The notes: generated by a model from the letters alone, not told the origin. A DNA stretch of 64,000 nt from Malacoraja senta (GCA_038087875.1 CM075989.1:22570001-22634000); one strand, 5' to 3'. Counted from the stretch's first letter, positions 1 through 11,970 are shown. Numbers and translations: made by a program.

Positions 1-170
1 AAACCAAAACTTGGAAATATATCCTACAATGCAATTTCCAAACATGTGGTTTAGCATCAAGCATACATAGACCGTCCAATCTTCATGACCTATCATTGGA
101 ATACTAATGTATCAATGCCAGTACATAGTCGGTAGTAAGGAAAGCCAATGAAATAGTCATACCGCATGGA

Positions 171-585
171 AATAGACAATAGACAATAGGTGCAGGAGTG
201 TAAGCCATTCGGCCCTTCGAGCCCTTCATGGCTGATCAAACCCAATCAGTACCCCATTCCTGCCTTCTCCCCATATTCCCTGACTCCGCTATCTTTAAGA
301 GCCATACCTAGCTCTCTCTTGAAAGTATCCAGAGAACCGGCCTCCGCCACCCTCTGAGGCAGAGAATTCCACAGACTCACCACTCTCTGTGTGAAAAAGT
401 GTTTCCTCGTCTCCGTTCTAAATGGCTTACCCCTTATTCTTAAGCTGTGGCCCCTGGTTCTGGACTCCCCCAACATCGGGAACATGTTTCCTGCCTCCAG
501 CGTGTCCAAACCCTTAATAACCTTATATGTTTCAATAAGATACCCTCTCATCCTTCTAAACTGCAGAGGATACAAGCCCAGCCTA
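171..585 (-). mobile_element. CR1 LINE 3' fragment (ORF2 C-terminus, 3'UTR, (ATTGTCT)n tail)
   Basis: Translation ends ...ESRTRGHSLRIRGKPFRTETRKHFFTQRVVSLWNSLPQ...GMGY, a typical CR1 ORF2 tail; short tandem tail at the left end. Confidence 0.9.
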
Positions 586-1223
586 AATAGGGACATTGGC
601 CCAACTTGCCCACACTGACCAATGTGTCCCATCGACACTAGTTCCACCTGCCTGCGTTTGGGCCATATCTCTCTATCTCCAGATCCCCGGCGCTGTGAGG
701 CAGCAATTCTACCGCCGCGCCACCGTGCCGCCGCAGTGCATTGTGCGTTAGCGAGAAGGGAAGGGAGCAGTGCGGGACATCTGTTGCTGTTGCTTTTGGA
801 TGGCTCGTTCCAACCTAAACTTTGGGACTCGGGGTTAATTAGCTGTGCTATATAAAGGCCTGCCCACCCAGTAGCCTGCCTCCTGAGGTTGCATGCACCT
901 GAGCAGTGCTTCAACTATTTAAAGGGCCACAGCGTCTGAATCAGTTGTCACATTGATGTATTAATGGAGCTTTGCAAAGCAAATCCTTTGTGTACAGCCG
1001 AGCTGCAGGATGCATGTTCAATTGCTGACACAGAGAATACGTTTCAGGTTCTGCATGGGCCTGTCATTGTAAGTGCACTTTGAATTAACAACTCTTCAAG
1101 TTGATTTTGCTGCTTGCAGGAACCATGGTGTGTGTAAGCTTGATTCTTCTGTCTGTACTTTGTATAAAGGAAAATGTTCAATGAAATAAAAACACAGATG
1201 CTTCCATTCTGTCTTGTCGTCAA

Positions 1224-1525
1224 GTTTAGTTTAGTTTAGAGATACAGCGCAGAAACTGGCCCTTCGGCCCACCGAGTCCGTGCCAACCAGCGACCCCTGT
1301 ACTCTAGCATTATCCTGCACACACTCAGTACAATTTACTATTTTACCAAGCTAATTATCCTATGTGCATGTATTTGGAGTGTGGGAGAAAACCGGAGCGC
1401 CCGGAGAAAACCCACGCAGGTCACAGGGAGAACATACAAACACCTCGCAGATTGCACCCATAGATAGGATCAAACCCGGGTCTCTGGCGCTGTGAGGCAG
1501 CAACTCTACCGCTGTGGCACCGTGC
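1224..1525 (-). mobile_element. V-SINE (HE1-like tRNA-derived SINE)
   Basis: tRNA-like head, V-domain-type core, CR1-like tail ending in (CTAAA)n. Confidence 0.85.
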
Positions 1526-1724
1526 AGATTCTGCAGAAGTTCAACTTCTCAACTTTGATCTTCGCAGAGGACGGGTGATAAAGTCAGCTTCATGCAGTAA
1601 TTTAGCAAAGCTGCAGAATTAGTGTGAAGATAACAGCATGTGTATCAACTGTACAGAGGTGTCACTCCCAAGAGAATCTGGAGGACAACACTCTGACCAC
1701 AAGATAGACATACTGTAAAAGGCT

Positions 1725-2002
1725 AGAGTAACTCAATGGGTCAGGCAGCATCTCTGGAGAAAAGGTTAGACAGCACAAGATATGAAACCTGGTATTTGTT
1801 GCTAAAAAAGAACCCAGAGAAGTATGTTGAATAAAAGAATAGGTGACATTTCAGGTTGAGACCACTATATCAGACCGAAGGGTCTCGACCCAAAACATCA
1901 CCTATTCATTTTTTCCAGAGATGCTGCCCGACTGGCTGAGTTGCTCCAACATTTTGTGTCTATCTTTGGAGTAAACCTGTGTCTGCAGCTCCTTCAAACA
2001 CA
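1725..2002. mobile_element. Inverted pair of Penelope terminal units with degenerate hammerhead motif
   Basis: Minus copy followed by plus copy of the GAAGGGTCTCGACCC...CCAGAGATGCTGCC...TTTTGTGTCT unit. Confidence 0.7.
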
Positions 2003-2109
2003 CAGAGAAATATGCAGCTGGTTCTTCACTCTGGTCTTCACCCCACGATCCCCGACTGAAGACCCTGCAGGTCTGTGGGGCGTGGTGGTGGGCATTCCAA
2101 TTGATTCTC

Positions 2110-2371
2110 CATTCTCAGGCAGTTCAGCCAGCCCCGTCAACGAAGGCTCGAGGCCCCCGACCGTGGGAGAGCAAAGAAAGGAAGAGATTTGAACTTTTTT
2201 TCACCTTCCATCACAGTGAGGAATGTGGAGGAGTCACTGTGGTGGATGTTTATGTTAAAATGTATTTTGTGTGTTCCGTTGCTTTTTATTTGTACGACTG
2301 ACTTGGCAAAAGAAATTCCTCGTATGTTGCAAAACATACTTGGCTAATAAAGTATTATTGTATTGTATTGG
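2110..2371 (+). mobile_element. 3' part of a non-coding retroposon with a conserved 13-bp hairpin and AATAAA/(ATTGT)n tail
   Basis: Homologous to 51230-51330; stem arms 2207-2219 and 2234-2246. Confidence 0.6.
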
Positions 2372-2599
2372 GGTTACCCTTCAACTTTTCTTCATTGCTT
2401 TTCCTCAATCTCTTGTAGTAGTAATACTGCACGGAAACATGTCCTCCGATCCAACTCATCCATGACAACCAAGATGTTTTCTAAGCTCGTCCCATTTCTC
2501 AGTGTTTGGCCCATATCTCTGTAAACCTTTCCTCTCCATGTACCTGCCCCAGTGTCTTTGAAAGGCTGTGATAGTACCTGCCTCAACTGCTTCCTGTGG

Positions 2600-3180
2600 C
2601 ATCTCCTTGACCTTTTTCCTGAGAAGACTGAGGAAGTTTGGCATGGACGCCAGCATCCTCACAAACATCTACAGTTGCACCATCGAGAGCCTGCTGACGG
2701 GCTGCATCACAGTCTGGTACGGGAACTGTTCTGCCCACAGCCACAAATCACTACACAGAGTGGTGAAGGCGGCACAGCACATCACTGGCAACTATCTCCC
2801 GGCCATTCAGGACATTTTCCACCGGCGGTGCCTGCGGAAGACACACAGCATCATCAAGGACCACGGCCACCCAGCACGTAGACTGTTCTCCTTGTTACCG
2901 TCAGGCAGACGATACAGGAGCAGGGCTGCACGTACCACCAGGCTTAAGAACAGTTTTTATCATCATGCCATCAGGCTTCTGAACTCATAAACACATTATA
3001 TATGTTGATTATTTTATGTATTATTGTCTTTTACCTACCAATGTCACTTTTATCTTATCTCATCTTAATTTTATCCTTGTAATATCATTGCTGAGGTGAC
3101 CCGTTGTCTTGTCAAACACATTTCATTGTACCGTTGACCCTGTGTTAACCTACATATGACAAATAAAATTGAACTGAACT
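2600..3180 (+). mobile_element. Rex1/Babar LINE 3' fragment nested in a CR1 fragment
   Basis: ORF FFLRRLRKFGM...IESLLTGCITVWYGNC...LLPSGRRYRS...RLKNSFYHHAIRLLN; tail TGACAAATAAA-(TGAAC)n. Confidence 0.88.
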
Positions 3181-3898
3181 ACCGTCTGAGTGAAAAAGTT
3201 ACCTCTCAAGTTCTGCTTAAATCTTCTCACCTTACACCTATGTCCTCTGGTTCTTGATTCCTGTAAAAGACTGCATTTGCCCAATCTATCCCTCTCATGA
3301 TTTTATACATCTCTATAATATCACCCCTTGGTCTCCTGCGTTCAAAGGAATAAAGTCCTGGCCTGTCCAACCCAGCAGCTCAGCCCCTTGAGCCCTTATT
3401 CTATGTTTTCAGATGTTAATCTGCTTTCGCATTGACTTGACACTTCATCCAGAGTTTCAGTCTGACCCTCCGAGAAAAAAAAACATTCTTAAAAACTGCC
3501 TTAAAAATGATCTGACTTTAATCAGATGATTTCTGTAAGATAGAGACATGAATAATAAATCAGCAACTCTAAAGAAAGAACTGTGTTTATCTAAACCTTC
3601 TCCTCAACACAACATCTGAGTCTGATTAGATTCGACAGATCACTGTATCCATGTTTGGTCTCCACCACTTCACAACCCAATTAACTAATCTTATTGATTC
3701 TTCCACAGATTATTGGTTTCACATGGAAGGAAGGAAGATGCTTAGATGTAAATTTGATACTTTATTGTATCTCTGAAGTGGCAAACAATATTGGAAATAT
3801 GTCAATTGATTCATTGAGTCCATTGTGAACTGTTAATAACTGCAAAATATGATAACAAATATAGGTTCCCCAAGGATTTTGTGAGACGGCTGGTGTTC

Positions 3899-4208
3899 TT
3901 TAGAGATACAGGTGGGAACAGGCCCTTCTGCCCACTGGCTCCACGCTGACCATCGATCACCCATTCGCACTAGTTCTATGTTATCCCATTTTCTCATCCA
4001 CTCCCTAAAACGTTAGGGACAATTTACAGAGTTCAATTAACCTAGAAACCACATGTCTTTGGGGTGTGGGAGGAAACCTAAGCACCCGGAGAAAACCCAC
4101 ATAGCCACGGGGAGAACTTGCACACAGACTGCACCCGAGGTCAGAATCGAAGCTGGGTTTTGGCACTATGAGGCAGCAGCAACTCTACCAGCTGCGCCAC
4201 TGTGCCAA
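3899..4208 (-). mobile_element. V-SINE (HE1-like)
   Basis: Same family as 1224-1525. Confidence 0.8.
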
Positions 4209-4582
4209 GCTAAGTCTTCATGGCCATCAACAGATGATGAAATAAGGAATGACCGACTCCGTGCAAAATTTTACCCTTTGTTGCGTGGAAAATCTAGGCA
4301 AAGACTTGACTCGAGAGGGAAACTTTGTATATGAGCAGAGCCCTTTGTGTACACCAATGGTCACGTATTGGCCACTATTTTTGTCTGTATTCAATTTAGT
4401 GCATGCATAAGAGAGGTCCAATTCACTGAAAAGCTTTTATTCTACTAACTCTGAGAACAAACCTTGAGAAGTGAATAACAGTCTTTGTTCATCATCTGCA
4501 ACTTAGCTTCAAGTGTCTATGCCACCTCCGCACAACTGTGCTTTTGTCCACAGGCAAAATAAAGGCCAATACAACCTGAAGT

Positions 4583-4782
4583 CAGACACAAAATGCTGGA
4601 GTAACACAGCGGGTCAGGCGCCACCCCTGGAGAAAAGGAATAGGTGACATTTTGTGTCGATACCCTTCATCTGAAGATGAGTCTGGACCCGAAACGTCAC
4701 CTATTCCTTTTGTCCAGAGATGCTGCCTGACCCGCTGAGTTACACTAGCCTTTTCTGTCTGTCTTCGGTTTCAACCAGCATC
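4583..4782. mobile_element. Inverted pair of Penelope terminal units
   Basis: About 90-bp arms meeting near 4670; CTGAAGA...GAAACGTC at 4671-4698. Confidence 0.8.
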
Positions 4783-4784
4783 TG

Positions 4785-5115
4785 GTGAAATGAAAGATTT
4801 GCAAAAAAGTAACGATGATAAAGGAAACAGGCCACTGTTAGCTGTTTGCCAGGTGAGAACGAGAAGCTGGTGCGACTTGGGTGGGGGAAGGATGGAGAGA
4901 GAGGGAATGCAGGTGTTACTTGAAATTAAAGAAATCAAAAGTCATACCACTGGGTTGTAAGCTGCCCAAGTGAAATATGAGATGCTTTGCGTTTTGCCTC
5001 ACTCTGACAATGGAGGAGACAGAGGACGGAAAGGTCAGTGTAGGAATGGGCAGGGGAATTAAATTGTCCAGCAACCAGGAGATCAGGTAGGTTCAAGCAG
5101 ACTGAGCAAAGGAGT
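4785..5115 (-). mobile_element. Penelope-like element 3' fragment (end of GIY-YIG ORF plus 3'UTR)
   Basis: Minus frame VAGQFNSPAHSYTDLSVLCLLHCQSEAKR resembles the C-terminus of the 51938-52510 ORF. Confidence 0.8.
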
Positions 5116-5131
5116 GTTGAACAGGAACAGA

Positions 5132-5350
5132 AGGTGGCACAGCGGTAGAGTTGCTGCCTTACAGCAAAATGCAGCGCCAGGGACCCGGGTTCGACCCCAA
5201 CTACGGGTGCTGTCTGTATGGAGTTTGTACGTTCTCCCCGTGATCTGCGTGGGTTTTCTCCGAGATATTCGATTTCCTCCCACACTCCAAAGACGTACAG
5301 GTTTGTAGGCTAATTGGCTTGTTTAATTGGCTTGATAAAAATGTAAACGG
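5132..5350 (+). mobile_element. V-SINE (HE1-like), 3'-truncated
   Basis: GGTGGCACAGCGGTAG A-box, GGTTCGACCC B-box, TTTCCTCCCACACTCCAAAGAC core. Confidence 0.85.
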
Positions 5351-5689
5351 AATTTAGGTTCAAACGACAACAAATAAATATCTAAATCTAAATCTAAAAA
5401 TCTAAAAATTGTCCAAGTTGGCGATATGCAGAGTACTGCCCTGCCGACTACAAAATACAGAAGGTTCAGAAGGAAGGTGTTTCCAAATCTTGAGAGTCGT
5501 CTGCATAAAGCATCACATGCTTCACATTGATAGATAAGGTGGTAAAGCATCACATTGGTAGATAATGTGGTAAAGAAGGCATATGGCTTGTGTGTCTTTG
5601 TAGGTCAGGCCTTAGAATATAGATGGATGCAAAGTGGCCCCCTTCGAACCAACTAAAAGATTAACCAACTTAGATTAGTTGATTTAAAG

Positions 5690-5962
5690 AAGCAGCATGG
5701 AAACCGGCCCATCGGCCCACTGATTCACCCATTCACACTAGTTCTATGCTATCCCACTTTCCCATCCGCTCCCTGCACACTAGGGACAATTTACAGAGGG
5801 CCAACTAACCTACAAGTGTGACGTAGGAGGACACCGGAGCATCCTAACTGAACCCACAAAGGAACAGGGAGAACATTCAAACTCCACACAGACAGCACCT
5901 GAGGTCAGGATGGAGCCCGGGTCTCTGGCGTTGTGAGGCAACAGCTCTACCCGCTGCACCAC
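5690..5962 (-). mobile_element. V-SINE (HE1-like)
   Basis: Family similarity. Confidence 0.75.
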
Positions 5963-6282
5963 ATAGGAAAAGATAATTTCCTGCACTTGATCATCAGCTT
6001 GGGGAAAAAACATTCATGTGGTCACCTTGGTTGATCATCAATTGCTATGAGGTACCGCAGTAATGAAAATTAAAGATATGCTTGTTATATAGTAAAACCT
6101 AATTAATGATAAAGACATGCACTTAAATTACAGATACGCCCATAATTACATTCTGTTGATTCATGTTAAGTATTCAATTACTTCACCGTAATCATCACAG
6201 CAATCAGGACGATTCTTGGTAATTGTGTTATCATAGTTGGTGTTAAACAGAGTTAGTTAAAGCAAGCTTGTGCCCGTCTCCA

Positions 6283-7640
6283 TTTTAGTTACGTTTACTT
6301 TAGAGATACAGTGCATAAACAGGCCCTTCAGACCACCGAGTCCACACCGACCAGCGATCCCTGCATACAAACACTATCCAATGCACATTAGGTAGGGATG
6401 TTACAATACTTACCTTCAGCCGCGCTTCAATTCTGCCACTGGCCGTGTGCGCGATTTTGGCGTCTTTAAGGGGGGGGGCGGGTTTAAAACGCGGGTTTCT
6501 CCTCCCTTGTCCTGTATTATATTTCGTTGGAGTACAAGCGTTTGCTGAAAAATCGTTCCTAGGGACGTTTTGTGAATTTTTTATTTTTATTAAATCGACA
6601 TTGTCAGCGCTGGAGTCATTTTAAAATCAGCTTCTGAAGCCGTCGACGCCGACAACGGGGACGGATTTCACGTACGGGGCAGGTAAACGAAAGTGGTTTA
6701 TTTTAATGTATAAAAGTGCTTCTTAAGAAGCCTTTAATTCACATATTTTCATGCGAAACGGTGATTTTTTCCACCGAACTAACAGCAGCATCTTTCATGC
6801 CGATACGGGGTTAAATTCACTGCAAATCAACGTTCCAAAAGATCGCGTTCCAGAAATCCTCACTCGCAAAATGATTTAAATGCCCATTAATTTACAGGTA
6901 TTAAACATTCAATTCCTTCCATTTGGCCTGTAAATCCATGACAATGAGATTTAAAAATTATGTTATATTGTGAATTCTTGTGTGAATGTTATTTGGACAC
7001 TTGGGCTATTTAAAAATGTTAATCTATTCTTAAGAAATTGATAGATGTTTAGATCTAGTAATTGAATTTTGTAATTAGCTACAATTAGGTAACTAACTAA
7101 TTATATGCTTTAATTTCATGTCTTCTAAGTAAGATTGTTTCATATTTGTTTCAGAATGCTTCAATCTATAATAACTGAACATTTCTTTCAGTTCTCTTAA
7201 TTTTTAAGAAAGTTATGGGCTTTTGACTGTCCTCGATCACAGCTTTTGTGTTAAGTCAATGGAAAAGCAATAGGGAACAAGATGCTAATTTCCGAGTATG
7301 AAAATGGCCATAACTTTTTTAATACTGAAGATATGAAAGTGAATTAGGTGTCAAATTAAACGTCTTTTTATGCTTTATCTGATGGGATAAATTGCAGACT
7401 TTATTTTTTAAATCTCAAAATTTTGTAACATTGCTACATTAGGGACAATTTACATTTAAGCCAAGCCCAAATTAATTTACAAGCCTGCACGCCTTTGGTG
7501 TGTGGGAGGAAACTGAAGATCTCGGAGAAAACCCACACAGGTCACGGGGAGAACGTACAAACTCCGTAAAGACAGCAACCGTAGTCGGGATCAAACCCGG
7601 GTCTCTGGCGCTGTGAGGCAGCAACTCTACCGCTGCGTTA
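6283..7640 (-). mobile_element. V-SINE split by a hAT insertion (parts 6283-6392 and 7437-7640)
   Basis: SINE sequence resumes in register after the insert. Confidence 0.85.
6393..7436. mobile_element. Non-autonomous hAT (Ac-like) DNA transposon, about 1.04 kb
   Basis: TIRs TAGGGATGTTACAA / TTGTAACATTGCTA (12/14); direct repeat (A)CATTAGG at 6385-6392 and 7436-7443; no ORF. Confidence 0.8.
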
Positions 7641-7754
7641 CCGGGCCTTTTTTGAAAGTGCACAGCTTGTAGTGTGAAAGGCAAATCTGCAAGGAGTGGA
7701 TTCACTGTTACTGCTAAATAATTATGCTTTTGCTCTTGACACTTGACCATTGAA

Positions 7755-8382
7755 CAGCACCAGAGACCCTGGTTCGAACCCGACTACGGGTGCTGTCTGT
7801 CGGAATGGTACCATTCGGCGCTGCCGTTTTGGCGCCTCCATTTCGGGGTGTTAGAGTTAGGGTTAGGGTATGGGTTAGGGTGCCACAGCGGTGGGCCAGT
7901 GGAAACCAATTTCCAAACATGTTAACATAAAGCTGATCTCACTTGCAATATCCTTGGCATAGGAACTTCTTGCAGAGGGTGATGAATCTGTGGAATTCAC
8001 TATCCCGGAGTATTGTGATGCATGGAACACTTTTATTTATCTGGAGGTATTTACAGAGGTTAGGGTTAGGGTTAGGGTTCTGATGAGTAGAGATATTAAA
8101 AACGGAGGCCCCCGAAACGGCAGCACCAAAAAGTACCCGACCCGCTGTCTGTATGGAGTTTGTACGTTCTCCCCATGACCTGCGTCGAATTTCTCCGAGA
8201 TCTCCGGTTTCCTCCCACAATCCAAAGACTTACAGCTTTGTAGGCTAATTGGCTTGGTAGAAATGTAAATTGTCCCTAGTGTGTGTGTAGGATGGTGTTA
8301 GTGTGCGGGGATGCGGTCGGCACGGACTCGGTGGGCCGAAGGGCCTGTTTCCACGCTGAAGCTCTAAACTAAACTAAACTAA
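7755..8382 (+). mobile_element. V-SINE split by a 9-bp-TSD insertion (parts 7755-7800 and 8144-8382)
   Basis: SINE resumes at GCTGTCTGTATGGAGTTTG and ends in (CTAAA)n. Confidence 0.85.
7801..8143. mobile_element. Non-autonomous TIR element with 9-bp TSD (MULE-like) containing TTAGGG repeats
   Basis: TSD GCTGTCTGT at 7792-7800 and 8144-8152; imperfect TIRs of about 40 bp; TTAGGG tracts near 7851-7880 and 8059-8079. Confidence 0.7.
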
Positions 8383-8701
8383 AAGAGTCAATGTTTCAGA
8401 TCATCAATCGAGTTGTCTTGACCTTGAAATGTTATCACTGTTTCTGTATCCGCACACGCTGCCTGGCCTTCTGAGTGATTCGAATCTTTTTTGGTTAGAT
8501 TTCAGATATCTACATCCTCAGATGTTTTTTTAAATTTTCATTGATGGTTTACACAAGGCAAAGGCTACTATCTTTTAAAATAAACTGGTTAGGTAGGGCG
8601 TCAAAGGTTGCGGGGAGAAAGCAGGAGGATGGGGTTGAGAGATCAGCCACGATCGAATGGCGGAATAGACTCGATGGTCTGAATGGCCTAATTCTGCTAC
8701 T

Positions 8702-8897
8702 CTTTCTTCTTCTTTTTGTGTCCATCTTGTTACAAATGTTGACCCCGCTGTCATCGTCCGTCCTGAAAACGACGCAAGCTTCCGGCGACAATCAGTGGGA
8801 GCCATCACTTGTCGCAATAGATGATGGTGGTAGCAGAATTAGCTCGGGATACTTCCAGTTTCCAGCCCCGCGACGTGGATGCTTCTGCTATGGGGCC
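8702..8897 (-). mobile_element. 196-bp non-autonomous retroposon with 5' HDV-like ribozyme and (AAG)n tail
   Basis: Perfect 11-bp TSD ATTCTGCTACT (8691-8701, 8898-8908) inside a CR1 3'UTR; tail AAAAAGAAGAAGAAAG. Confidence 0.88.
8831..8897 (-). ncRNA. HDV/CPEB3-like self-cleaving ribozyme motif
   Basis: GGCCCC-A-TAGCAGAA-GCA-TCCACGT-CGC-GGGGCT-GG-[P4]-CTAA-TTCTGCTA: P1 6 bp with G1.U, P2 8 bp, P3 with one mismatch, P1.1 CC/GG, putative catalytic C at 8842. Confidence 0.88.
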
Positions 8898-8961
8898 ATT
8901 CTGCTACTAGGACTTATGATCTAAAGCATCTTGCAAATTTCTTTGCAAGCTTTTGAAAATA

Positions 8962-9092
8962 ATGTGTAGGAAGAAACTGCAGATGCTGGTTTAAACCGAA
9001 GATAGACACAAAAAGCTGGAGTAACTCAGCGGGACAGGCAGCATCTCTGGAGAGAAGGAATGGGTGACGTTTCAGGGTGGGGACCCTTCTTG
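8962..9092 (-). mobile_element. Penelope terminal unit
   Basis: Reverse complement of the hammerhead-bearing unit. Confidence 0.75.
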
Positions 9093-9169
9093 GAAACAAT
9101 GCCCTTAGTTGCTGATGAATTGCATCTGAAATGCTACTGCTGGGTGTAGAAAGAGAACAGAGTCTCGGC

Positions 9170-9485
9170 AGGTAGACAAAAATGCTGGAGAAACTCAGCG
9201 GGTGAGGCAGCATCTATAGAGGTGACGTTTCAGGTCGAATCCCTTCTTCAAACTGATGTGGGGGTGGAGGGGGCGGGAAGAAGAAAGGAAGAGGCGGAGA
9301 TAGTGGGCTGTGGGAGAGCTGGGAAGGGGAGGGGAAGGAGGGAGAAAGCAAGGACTACCTGAAATTGGAGAAGTCAATGTTCATACCGCTGGGGTGTAAA
9401 CTACCCAAGCAAAATTTGAGGTGCTGCTCCTCCAATTTGCGGTGGGACGCACTCTGGCCATGGAGGAGGCTCAGGACAGAAAGAT
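9170..9485 (-). mobile_element. Penelope-like element 3' fragment
   Basis: End of GIY-YIG ORF followed by purine/pyrimidine-skewed UTR and terminal unit. Confidence 0.8.
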
Positions 9486-9821
9486 TCTCGGCAGGATCAG
9501 GACTAATCTACCCCCTAGCCATTCCCTGCAGTCAGAACACAGGGTGGTCATAGACCAGAGGTCAAGATCAGCTCTGAAAGAGTCCAGATGTGGACAAGAT
9601 GAGAGCGTGGAAGAGGAAATACTGCCCGGTAATTAGGAGAGATTCAGAACTGAGAAAGACTTGGCAATATTGAGTATTAGTTCAACTGAAAATTCCCCAC
9701 AATCAGCTATAAATAGCAAATGCTGATTGTACAAGGAAAATCTTCTGTCCTTCAAATCATTGTTGGTCATGCAATGATTACTGTAGTGCAGGGGCTGGGG
9801 CCAGGTGTGTTCACATTTGTG

Positions 9822-10030
9822 CAGGGAGGAACTGCAGATGCTGGTTTAAACCAAAGACGGACCTAAAATGCTGGAGTAACTCAGCGGGTCAGGCTGCATC
9901 TCTGGAGAAAAGGAAAAGTCTGAATAATCTTGCGTCTGAAGAAAGGTCTCGACCCGAAACGTCACCCATTCCTTTTCTCCAGAGTTGCTGCCTGACCCGC
10001 TGAGTTACTCCAGCTTTTTGTGTCAGTCTT
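9822..10030. mobile_element. Inverted pair of Penelope terminal units
   Basis: Hammerhead motif CTGAAGAAAGGTCTCGACCCGAAACGTC starting at 9936. Confidence 0.75.
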
Positions 10031-10069
10031 TGGAATGTATATTTGGCAGAGCACTTGAAACATATGCTT

Positions 10070-11190
10070 TTATAGTCATTGAGTGGTACTACATCGAAAC
10101 AGGCCCTTTGGCCCAACTCATCCATGCTGGCTGCATTTGGCCCATATCCCTCTGAAACTCTCCCATCCATGTACTTGTCCAAATGTGTTTAATAGTACCC
10201 GTCTCAACTGCCTCCTTTCTCCAGACATGCTGCCTGACCCTCTGAGTTACTCCAGGTGTTTGTGTCTGCCTCCTCTGATAGCTTGTTCCATATACCTGCC
10301 ACTCTCTGAGTGAAAAGTTACCCCTCACAGTTGCTCCTATTAAATCTTTCCCCTCTCACCTTAAACCTATGTCCTCTGGTTCTTGATTTCCTTACCCCGA
10401 GTAAAAACCGTTGCATGCACCCTTTCTATTCCCTTCCTGATTTGATACACCCGTCCGTATAAGATCACCCTCAGCCTCCTGCACTCCAAAGAATAATGCC
10501 CTAGCAGCCCAACCTTTTCCTACAGCTTAGGCCCTCGAGTCCTGGCAACATCTTTGTAAATCTATTCTATACTCTTTCCAGCTTAGTCACAACCTTCCGT
10601 TAGCAGAATAAGCAAGACTGAACACGAGCCAAATGCAGCCTTAAGGGCCTGTCCCACTTTCACGACCTAATTCACGACCTCTGCCGAGTTTGCCCTTGAC
10701 TCATACTCCCAGTATTGACGCCACAAGGTCGTAGGAGGTCATAGGTAGGTCGTAGGTAGGTCGTAGGTAGGTCGTGGTGCTAGTCGTAGGTACTCGTGGC
10801 ATCAAGTAGGTCGGGGAGTTTTTTCAACATGATGAAAAATGTCCACAAGTAAAAAAGGTTGTGAATTAGGTCGTGAAAATGGGACAGGCCCTTTACCAAC
10901 GTCTTATACAACTGAAACATTACATCCCAACTTCTATGCTCAATGCCCTGACAGATGAAGGCCAAAAGCCTTCTTTACCGCCCTATCTATACTTGCTGCC
11001 ACTTTCAGAGAACTATTTCTCAGGTTCGTACTCTGCTCTACAGTGTTCCTCAGTCCATTGAAGGTCCTGCCCTGGTTTGACTTGCCAAACTGCAACTCCT
11101 CACACTGATCAGCATTAAACTACATTAGTCATTCCTCAGCCCAGTTGCCCACCTGATCAAGGCCCTGCCGTAATGTTTGATAACCTCTTT
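10070..11190 (-). mobile_element. Degraded CR1 fragment with nested insertions
   Basis: CR1 3'UTR and ORF2 remnants (e.g. QGIEHRSWDVMFQLYKTLV). Confidence 0.7.
10644..10892. mobile_element. PIF/Harbinger-type MITE (family A)
   Basis: TIR AGGGCCTGTCCCACTTTCACGACCTAATTCAC and its inverse; TTA TSD at 10641-10643 and 10893-10895; internal GGTCGTA repeats. Confidence 0.88.
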
Positions 11191-11477
11191 AATGTGCCTA
11201 AAGACCATCAGGCTGAGGTGCAGTGTCCTGCAGGCTCACAACTACCCTGGCCAGGTAAATACGTCACACATTATATCCATTTCAGCTCTTAGAATATCAC
11301 AATGATTTCATTGACTAACTGTATTTAGACTGACTTGGAGATTAACTGGACTTTTAGTTTAGTTTAGTTTACTTTAGTTGAATCTGATGAAGGGTCTCGA
11401 TCTAAAACAGCACCTATTCCTTTTCTCCAGAGATGCTGTTTGACCCGCTGAATTACTCCACCATTTTGTGTCTATCT

Positions 11478-11970
11478 TTAGTTTAGTTTAGTTTGGTTTA
11501 GTGATACAACATGAAAATAGGCCCTTTGACCCATCGCGTCACGCTGACCATCAATCACACATACATTAGTTCTATGTTGTCCCGCTTTCGCATCCTACTC
11601 GCACGCGGCAATTTACAGAAGTCAATTAATCTACAAACCTGCACGTCTTTGGAATGTGGGAGATCAACAAAGCGCCCAGAGAAAACCCATGTGGTCACAG
11701 GGAGAACTTGCAAACTCCTTACACAAAAGCACCTGTAGTCAGGATTGAACCCGAGTCTCTGGCAAGGTGACCTTGCACTGAACGTTATTCCCTTATCATG
11801 TATCTGTACACTGTGGATGGCTCAATTGTAATCATGTATACTCTTTCCACTGGCTGATTAGCACGCAGCAAAAGCTTTTCACTGTACCTTGGTACACGTG
11901 GCAATAAACTAAAGTAAACTGGCCTGAACTGTGAGGCAGCAGGTCCACAACTGTGCCACTGTGCTGCCCA
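11478..11970 (-). mobile_element. V-SINE interrupted by a Rex/Babar 3'UTR insertion (about 11768-11920, plus strand)
   Basis: SINE head resumes near 11929; insert has GCAAAAGCTTTTCACTGTACC...CAATAAACTAAA. Confidence 0.75.

Noticed and set aside
849..926. Two TATA-like boxes (CTATATAAAGG, CTATTTAAAGG)
   Set aside because: No supporting downstream exon or ORF; such motifs are common by chance
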